Shown here: piece by piece, positions 8,745 to 19,567 of the stretch
Layout: each line of letters starts with the position of its first letter
Position numbering within the stretch: position 1 is the first letter of the stretch
Assembly: GCA_050251945.1 (NCBI GenBank)
Contig: JBFWLW010000001.1
Span: 569,107-633,106 of the forward strand
DNA from: Deferribacterales bacterium
GTDB lineage: Bacteria; Chrysiogenota; Deferribacteres; Deferribacterales; Geovibrionaceae
Direction: 5' to 3'
DNA: 64,000 nt
Notes under the pieces: generated by a model
Databases searched by the model: none
Told to the model about the DNA's origin: nothing
What the model saw: the letters and a program-made list of their open reading frames with translations, nothing else
Translations under genes and position numbers: made by a program

Positions 8745-9308
8745 TCAGATTTCCATCCCCACCAGTTTCCATGAGAAAAGTCCGTGTCTTTCAAATATCA
8801 TGCTGACGGGACTCTCCTTCTCCTGAGTAATAGTGAAGGCAAACTTATTCAGGCTTCTGTAGCCGCTTGAAAAATCCACGGATTTACCGGAATCCTTTTC
8901 TTTTGCGGTGTTTTCCGAACTTTGTCCATCTTCAGACTGTCCGGCATCATCGTCTCCGCCCTTTGGCTTTATCCCGTTTTTCATCACCATGGCGAGAGCT
9001 TCGGGGGTGACAAGGCTGTCGACCAGCTGGTCCACAATACTGGCTGCGAAAGCGGTTCCAAGTGCACCCAAAGCCCCTGCATACTCGCTGTTTGCAAGCT
9101 CTTTTGCTACCCTTGCATTAAATGTCGCTTTCAGATTCTCCCTTAACTTAGGATAATCGACATATCCGGAAAGCTTATCGGCATTTCCCTCTTCTCCAGC
9201 TGATCTAATTGAATACAGCGCATAGAAAGGAGAAGCGAAATATACTGCAAAAAATATTATAACAAGAGTTGTGACGGCTAAAATTCTCTTTTTCATAAAT
9301 AACCTCAT
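8745..9308 (-). CDS. DUF2939 family protein
   Basis: N-term TM, ASPFYA..YVDYPKLRENLK..LVTPE..R.GLFSWKL. Confidence 0.75.
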   Translation of the reverse strand: MRLFMKKRILAVTTLVIIFFAVYFASPFYALYSIRSAGEEGNADKLSGYVDYPKLRENLKATFNARVAKELANSEYAGALGALGTAFAASIVDQLVDSLVTPEALAMVMKNGIKPKGGDDDAGQSEDGQSSENTAKEKDSGKSVDFSSGYRSLNKFAFTITQEKESPVSMIFERHGLFSWKLVGMEI

Positions 9309-9383
9309 TAACCTTTTATGACACTACATCAGACCGGATAGGATTTCAACACAATGTAATGTTAATTATATTTTTCACTTAAC

Positions 9384-9412
9384 TTGACAAAATAGAAATT
9401 TTCGTATAATAT
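9384..9412 (+). promoter_or_regulatory. Sigma70-type promoter of ablAB
   Basis: TTGACA at 9384; TATAAT at 9405 (15-bp spacer) or TAATAT at 9407 (17-bp spacer). Confidence 0.5.
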
Positions 9413-9461
9413 ATTTCATACATAAATTTTATATGTTGGATTTATTAAGAACGGAGGCATT

Positions 9462-10772
9462 ATGATTTATACGAAGCATCAGCAGGAAATTGCTGAGAGT
9501 CTTAACCCTGACTCAAACATTAACGACTGGAAAGACTGGAAATGGCAGATGCGCCACAGTATCCGCACCATAGAGGATTTCGAGAGCATCATGGACATAT
9601 GTTTCGAGCCATCGGAACGGGAAATGATGCAGAAAACCCTCGAAAAATTCCCTATGGCAATCACCCCCTACTACACTTCGCTTATAGACAGAAACAACAT
9701 TAAAGACGACCCGGTATTCAGACAATCTTTCTGCTCTGTTGAAGAGCTGAACATCGACACATGGGACATGGCGGACCCGCTGAGCGAGGACAATGACAGC
9801 CCCGTACACTCCATCACCCACAGATACCCCGACAGAGTGCTTTTCCATGTGAGCAGCATGTGCGCCGTGTACTGCCGCCACTGCACGCGAAAACGTAAAG
9901 TGGGCGACAGGGACACCATCCCTTCCAAAGATATTTTGGAAGCCGGACTTCAATATATACGCGAGCATACCGAAGTTCGCGACGTTCTGATATCCGGCGG
10001 TGATCCGCTGATGCTTTCCGACAGCAAACTAAAATGGCTTCTGGATGAGGTAACCTCCATACCACACGTCGAAATAGTGCGTATCGGCACGAGGATGCCT
10101 GTTGTGCTTCCCTACAGAATCACCGGCAAGCTTGCTGATATCCTGTCAAAATACGATAATCTCTGGATAAACACGCATTTCAACCACCCAAGGGAGATAA
10201 CCGAATCCGCAGTGGCGGCTCTGAGAAAACTTACAAAAGCAGGGATACCGCTGGGCAACCAGACAGTCCTTCTTTCAGGTGTCAACGACTGCCCTCTGAT
10301 AATGAAATCCCTGATGCACAAACTTGTGAAACACCGCGTGCGTCCGTATTATATATATCAGTGCGACCTTTCCGAAGGTCTTTCTCACTTCAGAACTCCG
10401 GTCAGCAAGGGGATAGAGATAATCGAGCTTTTGCGCGGGCATACCAGCGGACTCGCCGTACCCACATACGTCATTGACGCACCCGGCGGCGGCGGAAAAA
10501 TTCCCATATCTCCGAACTATATTGTTTCATGGTCAACCAACAAAGTAATCCTGAGAAACTATGAAGGTATTATCTGCACGTACAAGGAACCTGACAGCTA
10601 CACACCAGTTTACTGCGACCGCAACTGTACCGACTGCAATCTGCAGTTTAACACCGAAGGCTCTGAATATCTTCCGCTTGTGGGTATTGAAAAGCTCATG
10701 GCGGACTATGACGAACGGATAGCGCTGATACCGGACGACAACGAACGCATCAAGAGGAGAACCAATGACTGA
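9462..10772 (+). CDS. ablA: Lysine 2,3-aminomutase (radical SAM)
   Basis: [31 protein letters not shown]; followed by ablB. Confidence 0.93.
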   Translation: MIYTKHQQEIAESLNPDSNINDWKDWKWQMRHSIRTIEDFESIMDICFEPSEREMMQKTLEKFPMAITPYYTSLIDRNNIKDDPVFRQSFCSVEELNIDTWDMADPLSEDNDSPVHSITHRYPDRVLFHVSSMCAVYCRHCTRKRKVGDRDTIPSKDILEAGLQYIREHTEVRDVLISGGDPLMLSDSKLKWLLDEVTSIPHVEIVRIGTRMPVVLPYRITGKLADILSKYDNLWINTHFNHPREITESAVAALRKLTKAGIPLGNQTVLLSGVNDCPLIMKSLMHKLVKHRVRPYYIYQCDLSEGLSHFRTPVSKGIEIIELLRGHTSGLAVPTYVIDAPGGGGKIPISPNYIVSWSTNKVILRNYEGIICTYKEPDSYTPVYCDRNCTDCNLQFNTEGSEYLPLVGIEKLMADYDERIALIPDDNERIKRRTND

Positions 10773-11580
10773 CAGGATGGAAAACAGATACAACGCCTCC
10801 ATACATCACGGAAAATTCAGCGACAGAGTATATCTGACTGAGTTAAAATCTGCTTTCAGCCTGTCTGATCTGTCGAAAATCGAAACGCTGGCTGCAAAAG
10901 CGGATTACTCAAAGATAATCGCAAAGGTCAAAGACAGACATTCCGGTATTTTCGCTGAAAACGGATACACATGTGAAGCTTTCTTCCCGCTTAAAACGGG
11001 GAACAGGGTATCTTTTATGGTTAAATACCTGAAAGCGGAACGTATAGCGGTCAAGAACGGTACGATAATCTCCGACGTACTGAAAGAGGCGGAGAATACA
11101 GGCATAAGATACCACAGTACGGATATGCATATGCGCAGACTGACGGAGCATGATGCAGATGCGCTTGCAGAGCTTTACAGGCAGGTGTTTGAGACCTATC
11201 CGTTTCCCATACACGAATCAGGATACCTGAGCGAAACAATGGCTGGAAATATGCGCTACTACGGCGTGTTCTCTGGAGAAAAGCTCATAGCGGCAGCCAG
11301 TGCGGAAACGGACGGTGACAAAACGTATGCGGAGATGAGTGATTTTGCCACGCTGGAAGAATACCGCAGGCTCGGACTTGCGGCGGCATTGAACAAAGAA
11401 CTGGAGAAAAGCCTTTCCGTCGATGGGGTTAAATGCTATTATACCATAGCGAGAAGCGTATCCTACGGCATGAACAAAACATTTGCCGGATGCGGATACA
11501 CCTTCACAGGCACCCTGTTCAACAACACGAACATCGGCGGCGGAATAGAAAGTATGAATGTGTGGTATAAACACGAATGA
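10765..11580 (+). CDS. ablB: Beta-lysine N-acetyltransferase
   Basis: [44 protein letters not shown]. Confidence 0.9.
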   Translation: MTDRMENRYNASIHHGKFSDRVYLTELKSAFSLSDLSKIETLAAKADYSKIIAKVKDRHSGIFAENGYTCEAFFPLKTGNRVSFMVKYLKAERIAVKNGTIISDVLKEAENTGIRYHSTDMHMRRLTEHDADALAELYRQVFETYPFPIHESGYLSETMAGNMRYYGVFSGEKLIAAASAETDGDKTYAEMSDFATLEEYRRLGLAAALNKELEKSLSVDGVKCYYTIARSVSYGMNKTFAGCGYTFTGTLFNNTNIGGGIESMNVWYKHE

Positions 11581-12185
11581 ATAACTTTATACAGGAAACA
11601 CTGTTTCTTGTAACGATTATCAACCCGATAGGAATATTTATGTATCTGGCACCTGTACGCCAGAACCTTTCCGAGCGCGATTTTCTGCGCGTACTTTTTA
11701 AAGCAACCATTATCTCCCTGTCGATAAACCTGATATTCACATTCGGCGGGGAGTGGATGTTCAGAACGATGCTTAAAATAGACTTCAATTCGTTCCGGAT
11801 ATTCGGCGGAATAGTCCTTCTGAGCATCTCCCTTATGTCCATCATACACGGCGGACGCGCACTGATAAACATACGCGGCAGTCTGGACGACCTCGCATCC
11901 GAAATAGCCATGCCTTTCATGACCGGCGTCGGCACCATATCCGTCTGTATCCTGCTCGGCAGTAAAATGAGCGCTGCCGGAGCTGCCGCGGCCAACCTTA
12001 CGGCGGCGGCAGTAGCGTTCACGGTGGTGGGCACTCTGGCTGTAATCCGTTACCACCTGAGCGACAGGATCACAATCGCTTTCGACAAAGTTCTTGGGAT
12101 TTTCATCCGTATAAACGGTTTTTTCATGGGCGCGTTCGGCGTTGAAATGATAAAAACAGGGGTACTCAATATAATAAGGTCATAA
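11577..12185 (+). CDS. MarC family membrane protein
   Basis: IINPIG, FRIFGG, AMPFMTG motifs. Confidence 0.85.
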   Translation: MNNFIQETLFLVTIINPIGIFMYLAPVRQNLSERDFLRVLFKATIISLSINLIFTFGGEWMFRTMLKIDFNSFRIFGGIVLLSISLMSIIHGGRALINIRGSLDDLASEIAMPFMTGVGTISVCILLGSKMSAAGAAAANLTAAAVAFTVVGTLAVIRYHLSDRITIAFDKVLGIFIRINGFFMGAFGVEMIKTGVLNIIRS

Positions 12186-12258
12186 TTGACCTGAATCAAA
12201 GGAAACCATTCAAAAAGCCTCTATTATAGCTTCAGAAAACAGAAACACGGAGGCTGTA

Positions 12259-12645
12259 ATGAACGCTCTTATAAACGAACTCAAAAAGGATCACGAACAA
12301 CTGCTTAAGATACTTCAGGAAACACAGGATCTCGGACTTGTCACCGATGCCGGACGTAAAAAACTGCTGGAAGGTAAAAAACTCCTTGCGGACCACCTTA
12401 TGAAAGAAGATATAAAACTCTATCCGGTGCTGGCAAAAAGCGGTTCAGCCGTTACCGCAAACGAATTCGCAGTGGAAATGAAAGGGCTCACAAGCTCTAT
12501 TCTGAATTTCATCAACAGGCTTGAAACATCGAAAAACGATATGGAATATGCGAAAGAACTGGGCAGGATAGTCTCCACCCTCAAAATGCGCATCCGAAGG
12601 GAAGAAATTCAGCTTTACCCGCTTTACGAAAAAATGAGTGCATAA
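12259..12645 (+). CDS. Hemerythrin-like domain protein
   Basis: DHEQL, HLMKED..LYP, RIRREE..LYP. Confidence 0.75.
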   Translation: MNALINELKKDHEQLLKILQETQDLGLVTDAGRKKLLEGKKLLADHLMKEDIKLYPVLAKSGSAVTANEFAVEMKGLTSSILNFINRLETSKNDMEYAKELGRIVSTLKMRIRREEIQLYPLYEKMSA

Positions 12646-12671
12646 AACAACTTACAAAGTCAGGAAAATGC

Positions 12672-12755
12672 GAGATCGCGTCGTCGCATGCGCTCCTCGC
12701 GAAGACATAAGATACTGTCATTGCGGGGAAGCTGACGGGCTGACGAAGCAATCTC
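12672..12755. repeat. REP-like palindromic element
   Basis: GAGATCGCGTCGTC...CGCGAAGAC..GTCATTGCG...GACGAAGCAATCTC; 12654-12730 closely matches the reverse complement of 59024-59100. Confidence 0.8.
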
Positions 12756-12781
12756 ATTACTAGGCGCATGAAAGCGTCTTT

Positions 12782-12913
12782 AAGACTGATTACAAAATCA
12801 AAAAAAGATCGCGCCGTCGCGTACGCTCATCGCGAAGACAAAAAAACGTCTCTGCGAGGGGTTTTAACCCGAAGCAGTCTGAGTCTTTGTAAATTTAATT
12901 TGTCAACAACCTG
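12782..12913. mobile_element. MITE with IS1182-like ends carrying a REP-like palindrome
   Basis: Ends AAGACTGATTACAAA / TTTGTCAACAACCTG; imperfect 19-bp direct repeats at 12762-12780 and 12914-12932 form the terminator. Confidence 0.7.
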
Positions 12914-12937
12914 AGGCGCATACAAGCGCCTTTTTTT

Positions 12938-13459
12938 TTACAAAGGAAGACCGTTGAGCAGAATCCTGCTGCCCTTATCCGGACTCTCTTCGTAGTCCTG
13001 AAAATTCTGTAACTTTGAAACAAGTTCATCAGGGTCAGCGACGCCTTTAACAACGGCAGCCAGACCGCCGGAGGCGAACACGGCTATTGTTCCGTAATTC
13101 ATAAACCTGCCGAAAATACCCTTTCCCGCCACCAGCAGATTGACTTCTGTCGTATCAAGCTGAACAACGTTTCTTCTGAGTATCCCGCGCGTCACTATAA
13201 ATCTTTTATCTGTAAAACCTATCTCAGTATTCTTGAAATGCATGAAAGTGAAAAAGAACGGATACAGCCCGGCAAACAGGATAACTGCATATATTCCTCT
13301 ATAGCCAATCCCCCATGAAGAAACCACTGCAAATCCGCTGAAAGCAACCAGAACAAGAAATGCACCGAACATCATGGGCAGAACAAGCGGAAACACCTTG
13401 ACCCTGTTGATACAGATGACTTTTTCGTCGGGTTTAACGATATTTTCGATATAGCTCAT
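12938..13459 (-). CDS. Bacterial PH-domain membrane protein
   Basis: Two TMs, then TEIGFTDKRFIV..G..GIFGRFMNYGTI. Confidence 0.75.
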   Translation of the reverse strand: MSYIENIVKPDEKVICINRVKVFPLVLPMMFGAFLVLVAFSGFAVVSSWGIGYRGIYAVILFAGLYPFFFTFMHFKNTEIGFTDKRFIVTRGILRRNVVQLDTTEVNLLVAGKGIFGRFMNYGTIAVFASGGLAAVVKGVADPDELVSKLQNFQDYEESPDKGSRILLNGLPL

Positions 13460-13465
13460 TTTTTA

Positions 13466-14791
13466 TTATTCCATCCCGTATTTTTCCAGCCTGTAAAGAA
13501 GCACATGGCGGGGTATATTCAGATATTTCGCTGTGCGGCTTTTGTTCCCGCCGAATTTCGCAAGTGCGCGGGTGATGATTGTCTTCTCCATCTCTTCAAG
13601 ATCCAGCCCCTCATCCGGCAGATGCATGTTCATACAGGTGACGATATCCGCGCTGTCCGCCTTTATATCGTTTGCCGATACCTCGCCCTGCCCTTTAAGA
13701 ATACAGAGACGATACACAGTATTTTCAAGCTCGCGGATATTGCCTTTCCAGCGTGCATTGGCAAGCTTTGTCAGCGCTTCTTTGGAAAAAGTGACCTTTG
13801 AACCGTATTTCTTTGAGAACAGTTCGACAAGTTCGCCGATATCCTCTCTGCGCTGTTCCAGCGAAGGAACGTCCACAGGGAACACATCCAGCCTGTAATA
13901 CAGGTCTTCCCGAAAAGTTCCGTTATCGCTCATCTCTTTAAGGTTTTTATTTGTAGCGGCAACCACCCGCGTGTCTATCTTAACCGGCAGAGCCGACCCC
14001 ACCGGCTGGATTTCCGATTCCTGCAGAAATCTAAGAAGCTTCACCTGAACTGAAAGGGGCATCTCCCCTATCTCGTCCAGAAAAAGAGTGCCGCCCTCAG
14101 CCTCCGCTATTTTGCCTTTATAATCCCTGTCCGCTCCTGTGAACGAACCTTTCCTGTGCCCGAAAAGTTCGCTTTCAAAAAGCTGTTCGGGTATTGCCGC
14201 GCAGTTCACGGCTATGAACTGCTTATCGGAGCGGGCGCTTTTCACATGGACATATCTGGCGGCAAGTTCCTTGCCCGTTCCGCTTTCACCCAGCACCAGA
14301 ACAGGAGCATCCGTCGGAGCCACCGTCTCGGCGAGTTTCAGCATAGCCTTGAATGCAGGACTGCTGCCCGCCATCCTCGGCATATTTGTTTCTTTCATAT
14401 ATTGCTTAAGTCTGCTGTTCTCCCTGCGGATACTGCTGATTTCAATGGCTTTCCTGATAGCGTTGAGCAGGTCTTCATTCTCGAACGGCTTTGTTATGTA
14501 ATCGTATGCGCCGTTTCTTATTGCGGCGACTGCATCGGGTATGTTCCCGAAGGCAGTCATTATAATCACAGGCATATCGGGATATAGCTGTTTCGATTTT
14601 TCAAATATCTCCATACCAGAAATTTTCGGCAGGCGGATGTCGGTGACAAGAACATCATAACTGCTTTCCGTGAGTTTTGCCATCCCTTCAAATCCGTTGT
14701 GTACAACCTCGTTAGCCACACCCTCACCTGTGAGGAACATGGAAACCAGCGTCGCGAGGGAAACGTTATCTTCAATTATCAAAACGCTCAT
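13466..14791 (-). CDS. Sigma54-dependent response regulator (NtrC family)
   Basis: REC domain, GESGTGKE, GSFTGA, FLDEIG, Fis-type HTH. Confidence 0.93.
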   Translation of the reverse strand: MSVLIIEDNVSLATLVSMFLTGEGVANEVVHNGFEGMAKLTESSYDVLVTDIRLPKISGMEIFEKSKQLYPDMPVIIMTAFGNIPDAVAAIRNGAYDYITKPFENEDLLNAIRKAIEISSIRRENSRLKQYMKETNMPRMAGSSPAFKAMLKLAETVAPTDAPVLVLGESGTGKELAARYVHVKSARSDKQFIAVNCAAIPEQLFESELFGHRKGSFTGADRDYKGKIAEAEGGTLFLDEIGEMPLSVQVKLLRFLQESEIQPVGSALPVKIDTRVVAATNKNLKEMSDNGTFREDLYYRLDVFPVDVPSLEQRREDIGELVELFSKKYGSKVTFSKEALTKLANARWKGNIRELENTVYRLCILKGQGEVSANDIKADSADIVTCMNMHLPDEGLDLEEMEKTIITRALAKFGGNKSRTAKYLNIPRHVLLYRLEKYGME

Positions 14792-15855
14792 TTATGCCTG
14801 TCCTGTATATACATTGTAAAAACCGTACCGTCTGCGTCCGAGCTGACGGTTATCTCCCCGCCGTGCGCATTGGCTATGCTCCCTGCAATGGGCAGTCCAA
14901 GCCCTGTCCCGTCGTCCTTAGTAGTAAAGAAAGGCTCGAATATCCTGTCGGCGTTCTCAATACCGCTCCCGTTGTCCGCCACGGCAAAAAAGGTTCTGTC
15001 CTTCTCATGCCCGGCGGAGATAGTCACTCTGCCGTTTCCGACACCTTCAACAGCGTCCACCCCGTTCAGCACAAGGTTCAGAAGCGCCTGTTTCAGCGAG
15101 TTCTTATCACCAAATACAGTAAAACCATCAGGCAGAGGATTTTCAACGGTTATTGCGACATCCCTGCGGGATGCAGAAAGTTTTGAAAGCTCCGCAACCT
15201 CCGCCAGAAGCGAAGAGATCACTATATCGCACGGGTCGTTATTACCGAAACGGGCATATTGCAGGAACCTGTTGACGAAGCTGTTGAGCCTCTCTATCTC
15301 CGATTCCAGAATATCCGTTATCCGCGGGTCGGTCTTGCCGCTCTTTATCATGGCTATGCCCGACTTGATAGCGGCAAGGGGATTGCGTATCTCGTGGGCT
15401 ATCCCCGCACTTAACTGACCAAGGGAACGCAGTCTGTCGTCATGCGCCATCTTCTTCTCAAGAAGAAGCTTTTCGGCAGACATCTGCTCCACCTTACGCT
15501 TTTCGTCCTTAAGTTTGCCGGAAAAATAGCCGGACACTATGCCCACTGCATATATCATGGATATCTCCACAAGAGAAGGAACATGATGATGTCCGAAATG
15601 CCCTGAAAATACACCGAGATAAGCATTAGGGCTGTATATCACTGTCATGGCTGCGGCAACGATAACACCGCCTTTAAAACCGAATTTAAAGGCGGCGTAT
15701 ATTACAATGATATAAAATATGTAGTAATGCGCCAGATGCACGGCGCTGAAATGGGACGGCACGCTGTAGTGAAAATATGTCACCACCGCCGTGGACAGCA
15801 ATATTATGCCGATGGATATCAGCGTGTCTTTATCAGGCTTGCTTTTCGATTCCAC
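14788..15855 (-). CDS. Membrane sensor histidine kinase with His-rich TM region
   Basis: AHEIRNPL, N/G boxes, GTGLGL; HFGHHH loop. Confidence 0.92.
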   Translation of the reverse strand: MESKSKPDKDTLISIGIILLSTAVVTYFHYSVPSHFSAVHLAHYYIFYIIVIYAAFKFGFKGGVIVAAAMTVIYSPNAYLGVFSGHFGHHHVPSLVEISMIYAVGIVSGYFSGKLKDEKRKVEQMSAEKLLLEKKMAHDDRLRSLGQLSAGIAHEIRNPLAAIKSGIAMIKSGKTDPRITDILESEIERLNSFVNRFLQYARFGNNDPCDIVISSLLAEVAELSKLSASRRDVAITVENPLPDGFTVFGDKNSLKQALLNLVLNGVDAVEGVGNGRVTISAGHEKDRTFFAVADNGSGIENADRIFEPFFTTKDDGTGLGLPIAGSIANAHGGEITVSSDADGTVFTMYIQDRHK

Positions 15856-16516
15856 TTACCAACCCGTCCTCCATGCTGACAATCGTGTGACCCGCCTTTG
15901 CGTATTCGGGTGAATGTGTCACCATCACAACGGCAAGTCCGGTGCTGTTCAGCTCCCTCAATAAATCTATTATAGCATTTCCTGTTTTGCTATCAAGACT
16001 TCCGGTGGGTTCATCCGCAAACAGAACGGAAGGTTTTTTTATAAGAGCCCGCGCAATGGCGACCCTCTGCTGTTCCCCGCCTGAAAGTTTTCCGGGAAGG
16101 CGGTTCTCTTTGCCCTCAAGTCCGACACTGGAAAGTATCCTGTTCGCCTCTTCGCGCAGTTCTTTCCCGATGGGTCTCAGACCGTGCATATAAGGCAGAA
16201 GAACGTTCTCCGCCGCAGTCAGATACGGAAACAGATGATACGCCTGAAATATTACCGATATATCGTTGCGCCGCACCAGATTTATCTGCGATGAGGATGC
16301 TGTTGTAAGCTCCGTGCCTTTGAACATTATGCTCCCGCTGTCGGGTTCAAGAAGAGTTGACATTATATTCATCATCGTGCTCTTACCGGAACCGGATTTC
16401 CCCACGATACTGACAAATTCCCCTTCCGCAACGTCAATGCTGACACCTTTCAGCACTTTTGCCGAAACACCGTCCGCAGTGTATGTCTTGTGTATATCTT
16501 TCAGATTAAGCATCAT
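15833..16516 (-). CDS. ABC transporter ATP-binding protein (LolD/MacB type)
   Basis: [25 protein letters not shown]. Confidence 0.92.
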   Translation of the reverse strand: MMLNLKDIHKTYTADGVSAKVLKGVSIDVAEGEFVSIVGKSGSGKSTMMNIMSTLLEPDSGSIMFKGTELTTASSSQINLVRRNDISVIFQAYHLFPYLTAAENVLLPYMHGLRPIGKELREEANRILSSVGLEGKENRLPGKLSGGEQQRVAIARALIKKPSVLFADEPTGSLDSKTGNAIIDLLRELNSTGLAVVMVTHSPEYAKAGHTIVSMEDGLVSGIEKQA

Positions 16517-16524
16517 CCCCCCCC

Positions 16525-17688
16525 TTATATCCTGCTGAACGCATCTGTCGGGCGCATCTGTGCGGCTTTAAGCGCCGGAAATGCCGATGCACAGACGGAA
16601 AGTGCCGATACGGCGGCAACCGTAACAAGCAGATGGAGCCAGTTGAACGTTATGTGCGCGTTCTCTCCAAGCGACAGAATCTTCAGAAGCTCGCCGCTGC
16701 CGAGATAGCCTCCGGCATAACCGAGTATGCCTGACACACCACCTATTATAAGAGATTCAAAACTGAATATTATAAATATCTTACCACCTGAATAGCCGAG
16801 AGCGCGCAATATGCCTATTTCGTTTTTACGCTCATTTACAGCGGCAAGCATGAACATCGCAAGCATAAAGCAGGCGGTAAGCAGTATGACACCGCCGAGT
16901 CCAAGCACAAGATGCTGAACTGTCTGGATTGTCGCCATACGCTGTTTAACTATGTTCTGCATGGCGTTTATCTCGGTATCAGGCAGCTTTTCGGATATCT
17001 GATGCACTATGTCCTCTATTGGGCAGCCGGCGCAGAGGGCGGCGACATCCGCGTAATTTATCAGGTTGGGCTTGTTTACCGCCGCCTGAAGACTATGAAG
17101 ATCCGCGAATATACTGTTGTCGTCCTCCGTACCAGTCGGCTTAAGAACACCTGAAACCACGAATGATTTGTTTCCTACAGGTATAGTGTCTCCGGTTTTG
17201 AGTCCCAGATGTTCAGCCGCTCTGCTTCCGGCGATAACCTCGTCGGTCTTTGCAGGTACTCCCCCCATGACCGACCAATAACTTTTTATGCGCATTTCCT
17301 GCGCAAAAATAACACCGACCACCGCCACCGGTTTGTTTTTATAGTGTATAAGCTCAAGAAGTTTGGGGGCGACGGTACTTATATTTTTATTCAGCTCAAT
17401 GCCGTATATAGCGTTAACGGTCTCCTTCTCAGGCAGATATCTGACCTGATATGCAAGGTTTCCCATGGAAAACCCGCCGTAGCTTATCTTAAGTGATTCA
17501 GTCTTAGGATATATGACCACATTCGCGCCGAACGCCGTCATCTTCTCTTCAAGAGAATGTCCGATGGAACGGGAAACATTATAAAGAAGCACTACAGAAA
17601 GGATACCCAGCGTAAAAACAGCAACAAGTATTCCTGTGCGCAGAAGCTTCCGCTTAAGATTTCTGAAAGGCAGCGTGAATATGTTCAT
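16525..17688 (-). CDS. ABC transporter permease (FtsX/MacB type)
   Basis: ERKNEIGILRALG; periplasmic CAGC motif. Confidence 0.88.
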   Translation of the reverse strand: MNIFTLPFRNLKRKLLRTGILVAVFTLGILSVVLLYNVSRSIGHSLEEKMTAFGANVVIYPKTESLKISYGGFSMGNLAYQVRYLPEKETVNAIYGIELNKNISTVAPKLLELIHYKNKPVAVVGVIFAQEMRIKSYWSVMGGVPAKTDEVIAGSRAAEHLGLKTGDTIPVGNKSFVVSGVLKPTGTEDDNSIFADLHSLQAAVNKPNLINYADVAALCAGCPIEDIVHQISEKLPDTEINAMQNIVKQRMATIQTVQHLVLGLGGVILLTACFMLAMFMLAAVNERKNEIGILRALGYSGGKIFIIFSFESLIIGGVSGILGYAGGYLGSGELLKILSLGENAHITFNWLHLLVTVAAVSALSVCASAFPALKAAQMRPTDAFSRI

Positions 17689-17696
17689 GCATCACC

Positions 17697-18134
17697 CTAG
17701 AAGTACATGCCGCCGGAGCGGATATCGTCAACTTTTATGGTTATCTGTTTGCCGTCAAGTCCTCTGTTCAGAGGTGACGGGTTACATCCGCCCTTGACTT
17801 CGTTTATCCTGCTGGTGTCAAATTTCTGACCGCAGTTGTTGCACACCATGACGCTGCCTTCCTGCCTGTATCCTTTCTTTTCAGGGTAACAAACGTCACA
17901 GGCATCAAAAGCCGCGCGGACTATGCCGTCTTCTGCGCGTACAAGGAAAAATTTGATCTCTTTTCCGTCCACAACAGTGTAGTAATAATGTGCCTGAGTG
18001 TCGCTCACTTCCGATTCGGAGATGGTTATTAATCCATTCTGAGCCTTAAGCTCTTTGTATTTACCGGTTTGCCCGCAAGCAGACAGTATAAAAGCGAAAA
18101 TAAGTGCGGAAAGAAGATATACAAATTTACGCAT
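17697..18134 (-). CDS. DUF2318 Cys-motif lipoprotein
   Basis: LSAC lipobox; AFDACDVC, VCNNCG, GGCNP; GGAGG RBS before ATG 18134. Confidence 0.82.
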   Translation of the reverse strand: MRKFVYLLSALIFAFILSACGQTGKYKELKAQNGLITISESEVSDTQAHYYYTVVDGKEIKFFLVRAEDGIVRAAFDACDVCYPEKKGYRQEGSVMVCNNCGQKFDTSRINEVKGGCNPSPLNRGLDGKQITIKVDDIRSGGMYF

Positions 18135-18167
18135 TGATTCCTCCATAATATTTCTCATGAAATTTAA

Positions 18168-18184
18168 AGCAACATATATGCCTG
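18168..18184 (-). promoter_or_regulatory. Sigma54 -24/-12 promoter
   Basis: Minus strand CAGGCATATATGTTGCT (GG-N10-GC), upstream of an operon encoding a sigma54 activator. Confidence 0.7.
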
Positions 18185-18229
18185 AAAAAGAAACTGCAAA
18201 ATGTCAGATATTTATAAAAACAGCTCATA

Positions 18230-18255
18230 AAAAATGCAGAATATTCTACATTTTT
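18230..18255. promoter_or_regulatory. Candidate enhancer palindrome for the sigma54 activator
   Basis: AAAAATGCAGAATATTCTACATTTTT near-perfect palindrome; related copy near 18198-18217. Confidence 0.5.
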
Positions 18256-18507
18256 CTTACACTAACCCGAAGATTATTCTTCAAAAAAAATTCAGAAATC
18301 AGGCTTTTTTTGACTGTTTCAGATATGTCAAAGCCCAGAAACATATAGAGTTTTTCATGCATAAAAATAACCCTATATTTCCATATCAGAGTATGCATGT
18401 ATGCGGAAAATACATATATTTGGCTTTACAAATATAAAAAAAGAAAATAGAATTATGAAGACAGAAACACATGTCTAAAAGAACTCTCGCTTAAAAGGTT
18501 TATTTGT

Positions 18508-19200
18508 ATGCTTACATATATGGATTTTAAAAAGAATATTACTGACGGCGACTTTGAGGCTGCCAAAGAGATGCTTAAAGAAGCCGACATCGACACTGCC
18601 CCCTTCACAGCACTTGCTAACTCATCAATGTTTCTGTCGCTGCTTTTTCGTTATCCCGACGATAATGTTTACGACCTTTTAAAAGACAATTGGGATTCAT
18701 TCGGCGACTTCATCAGTGAATATACTGAGGATTTTCCCCAAATTTACAATCAGACAGAGATGCAGAGCGACTTCATAAAACTCTTCAAACAGGATTTCAA
18801 AGGGAGCAAGGTTGTTCCCTATATCTCATATTACACCGAAGAAAATAAAACCCTCTACGGCAAAAGCACTTTCAAAATAAGAGAGTGGATGGCGGCAGAA
18901 GGATTCGTTCTGGACTCCGAAACATCCGACCTCGAAGACAACATATTCATAGTTCTTGAATTTCTTTCAGCAATATTCGGAAGGCTGGCTCAGCCTGAAA
19001 ACATAGAAAAGTGGTACGCAACCCTGCAGATTCTTTACAAACTTACAGGCACATACGGTGCCGTTATGACCGAAGAATTTGCAAAACTTGTGCAGGAGCG
19101 GAAAGAAATGCCTTTCTATGCCGCCGCTGCCGCGCTCCTTGACAGTTTTTTAAACGATATCGACACGATTCTGAAGGATGTACTCTCCGACGGGGAGTAA
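18508..19200 (+). CDS. TorD/DmsD family molybdoenzyme chaperone
   Basis: PYISYY..LYG.ST, EDNIFIVLEFL, FY; near molybdoenzyme genes. Confidence 0.75.
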   Translation: MLTYMDFKKNITDGDFEAAKEMLKEADIDTAPFTALANSSMFLSLLFRYPDDNVYDLLKDNWDSFGDFISEYTEDFPQIYNQTEMQSDFIKLFKQDFKGSKVVPYISYYTEENKTLYGKSTFKIREWMAAEGFVLDSETSDLEDNIFIVLEFLSAIFGRLAQPENIEKWYATLQILYKLTGTYGAVMTEEFAKLVQERKEMPFYAAAAALLDSFLNDIDTILKDVLSDGE

Positions 19201-19217
19201 ATTTTCAGATAGATGAT

Positions 19218-19299
19218 GAGATCGCTTCGTCGCTTTGCTCCTCGCGAAGACGTAACTTCCGTTCCGTCTCTGCGAACCCCAGCGGGGTGAAGCAGTCTC
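19218..19299. repeat. REP-like palindromic element
   Basis: GAGATCGCTTCGTCGC...GTCTCTGCGA...GAAGCAGTCTC. Confidence 0.8.
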
Positions 19300-19567
19300 G
19301 TCTTACCACCTCCTTTATATAAAACATTCGCCTTCTTTTGTGCGAATGTTTCTGCACCGGGCTAACCGGAAAGGAGGGTCGGGGTGGATTTGATTAGCAT
19401 TTAATGTAAATCCCTCCAAACCTCCCATTGTTAAAGGGAGGCTTAAACGACGGAAGAAAAATTTTGATAAGAAGTCGATGAAGTAATTAAAAGGGTAAAT
19501 CTTTTTTATGCCCTTTTATATATGGCGGTTCCATACAGACCGTTCGTAATACTATAGGGAGTATTGT

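Noticed and set aside
19355..19400. c-di-GMP-I riboswitch upstream of the porin
   Set aside because: Lacks the conserved GCAAA..GAAA..GACGCAAAGC architecture; better explained as a repeat
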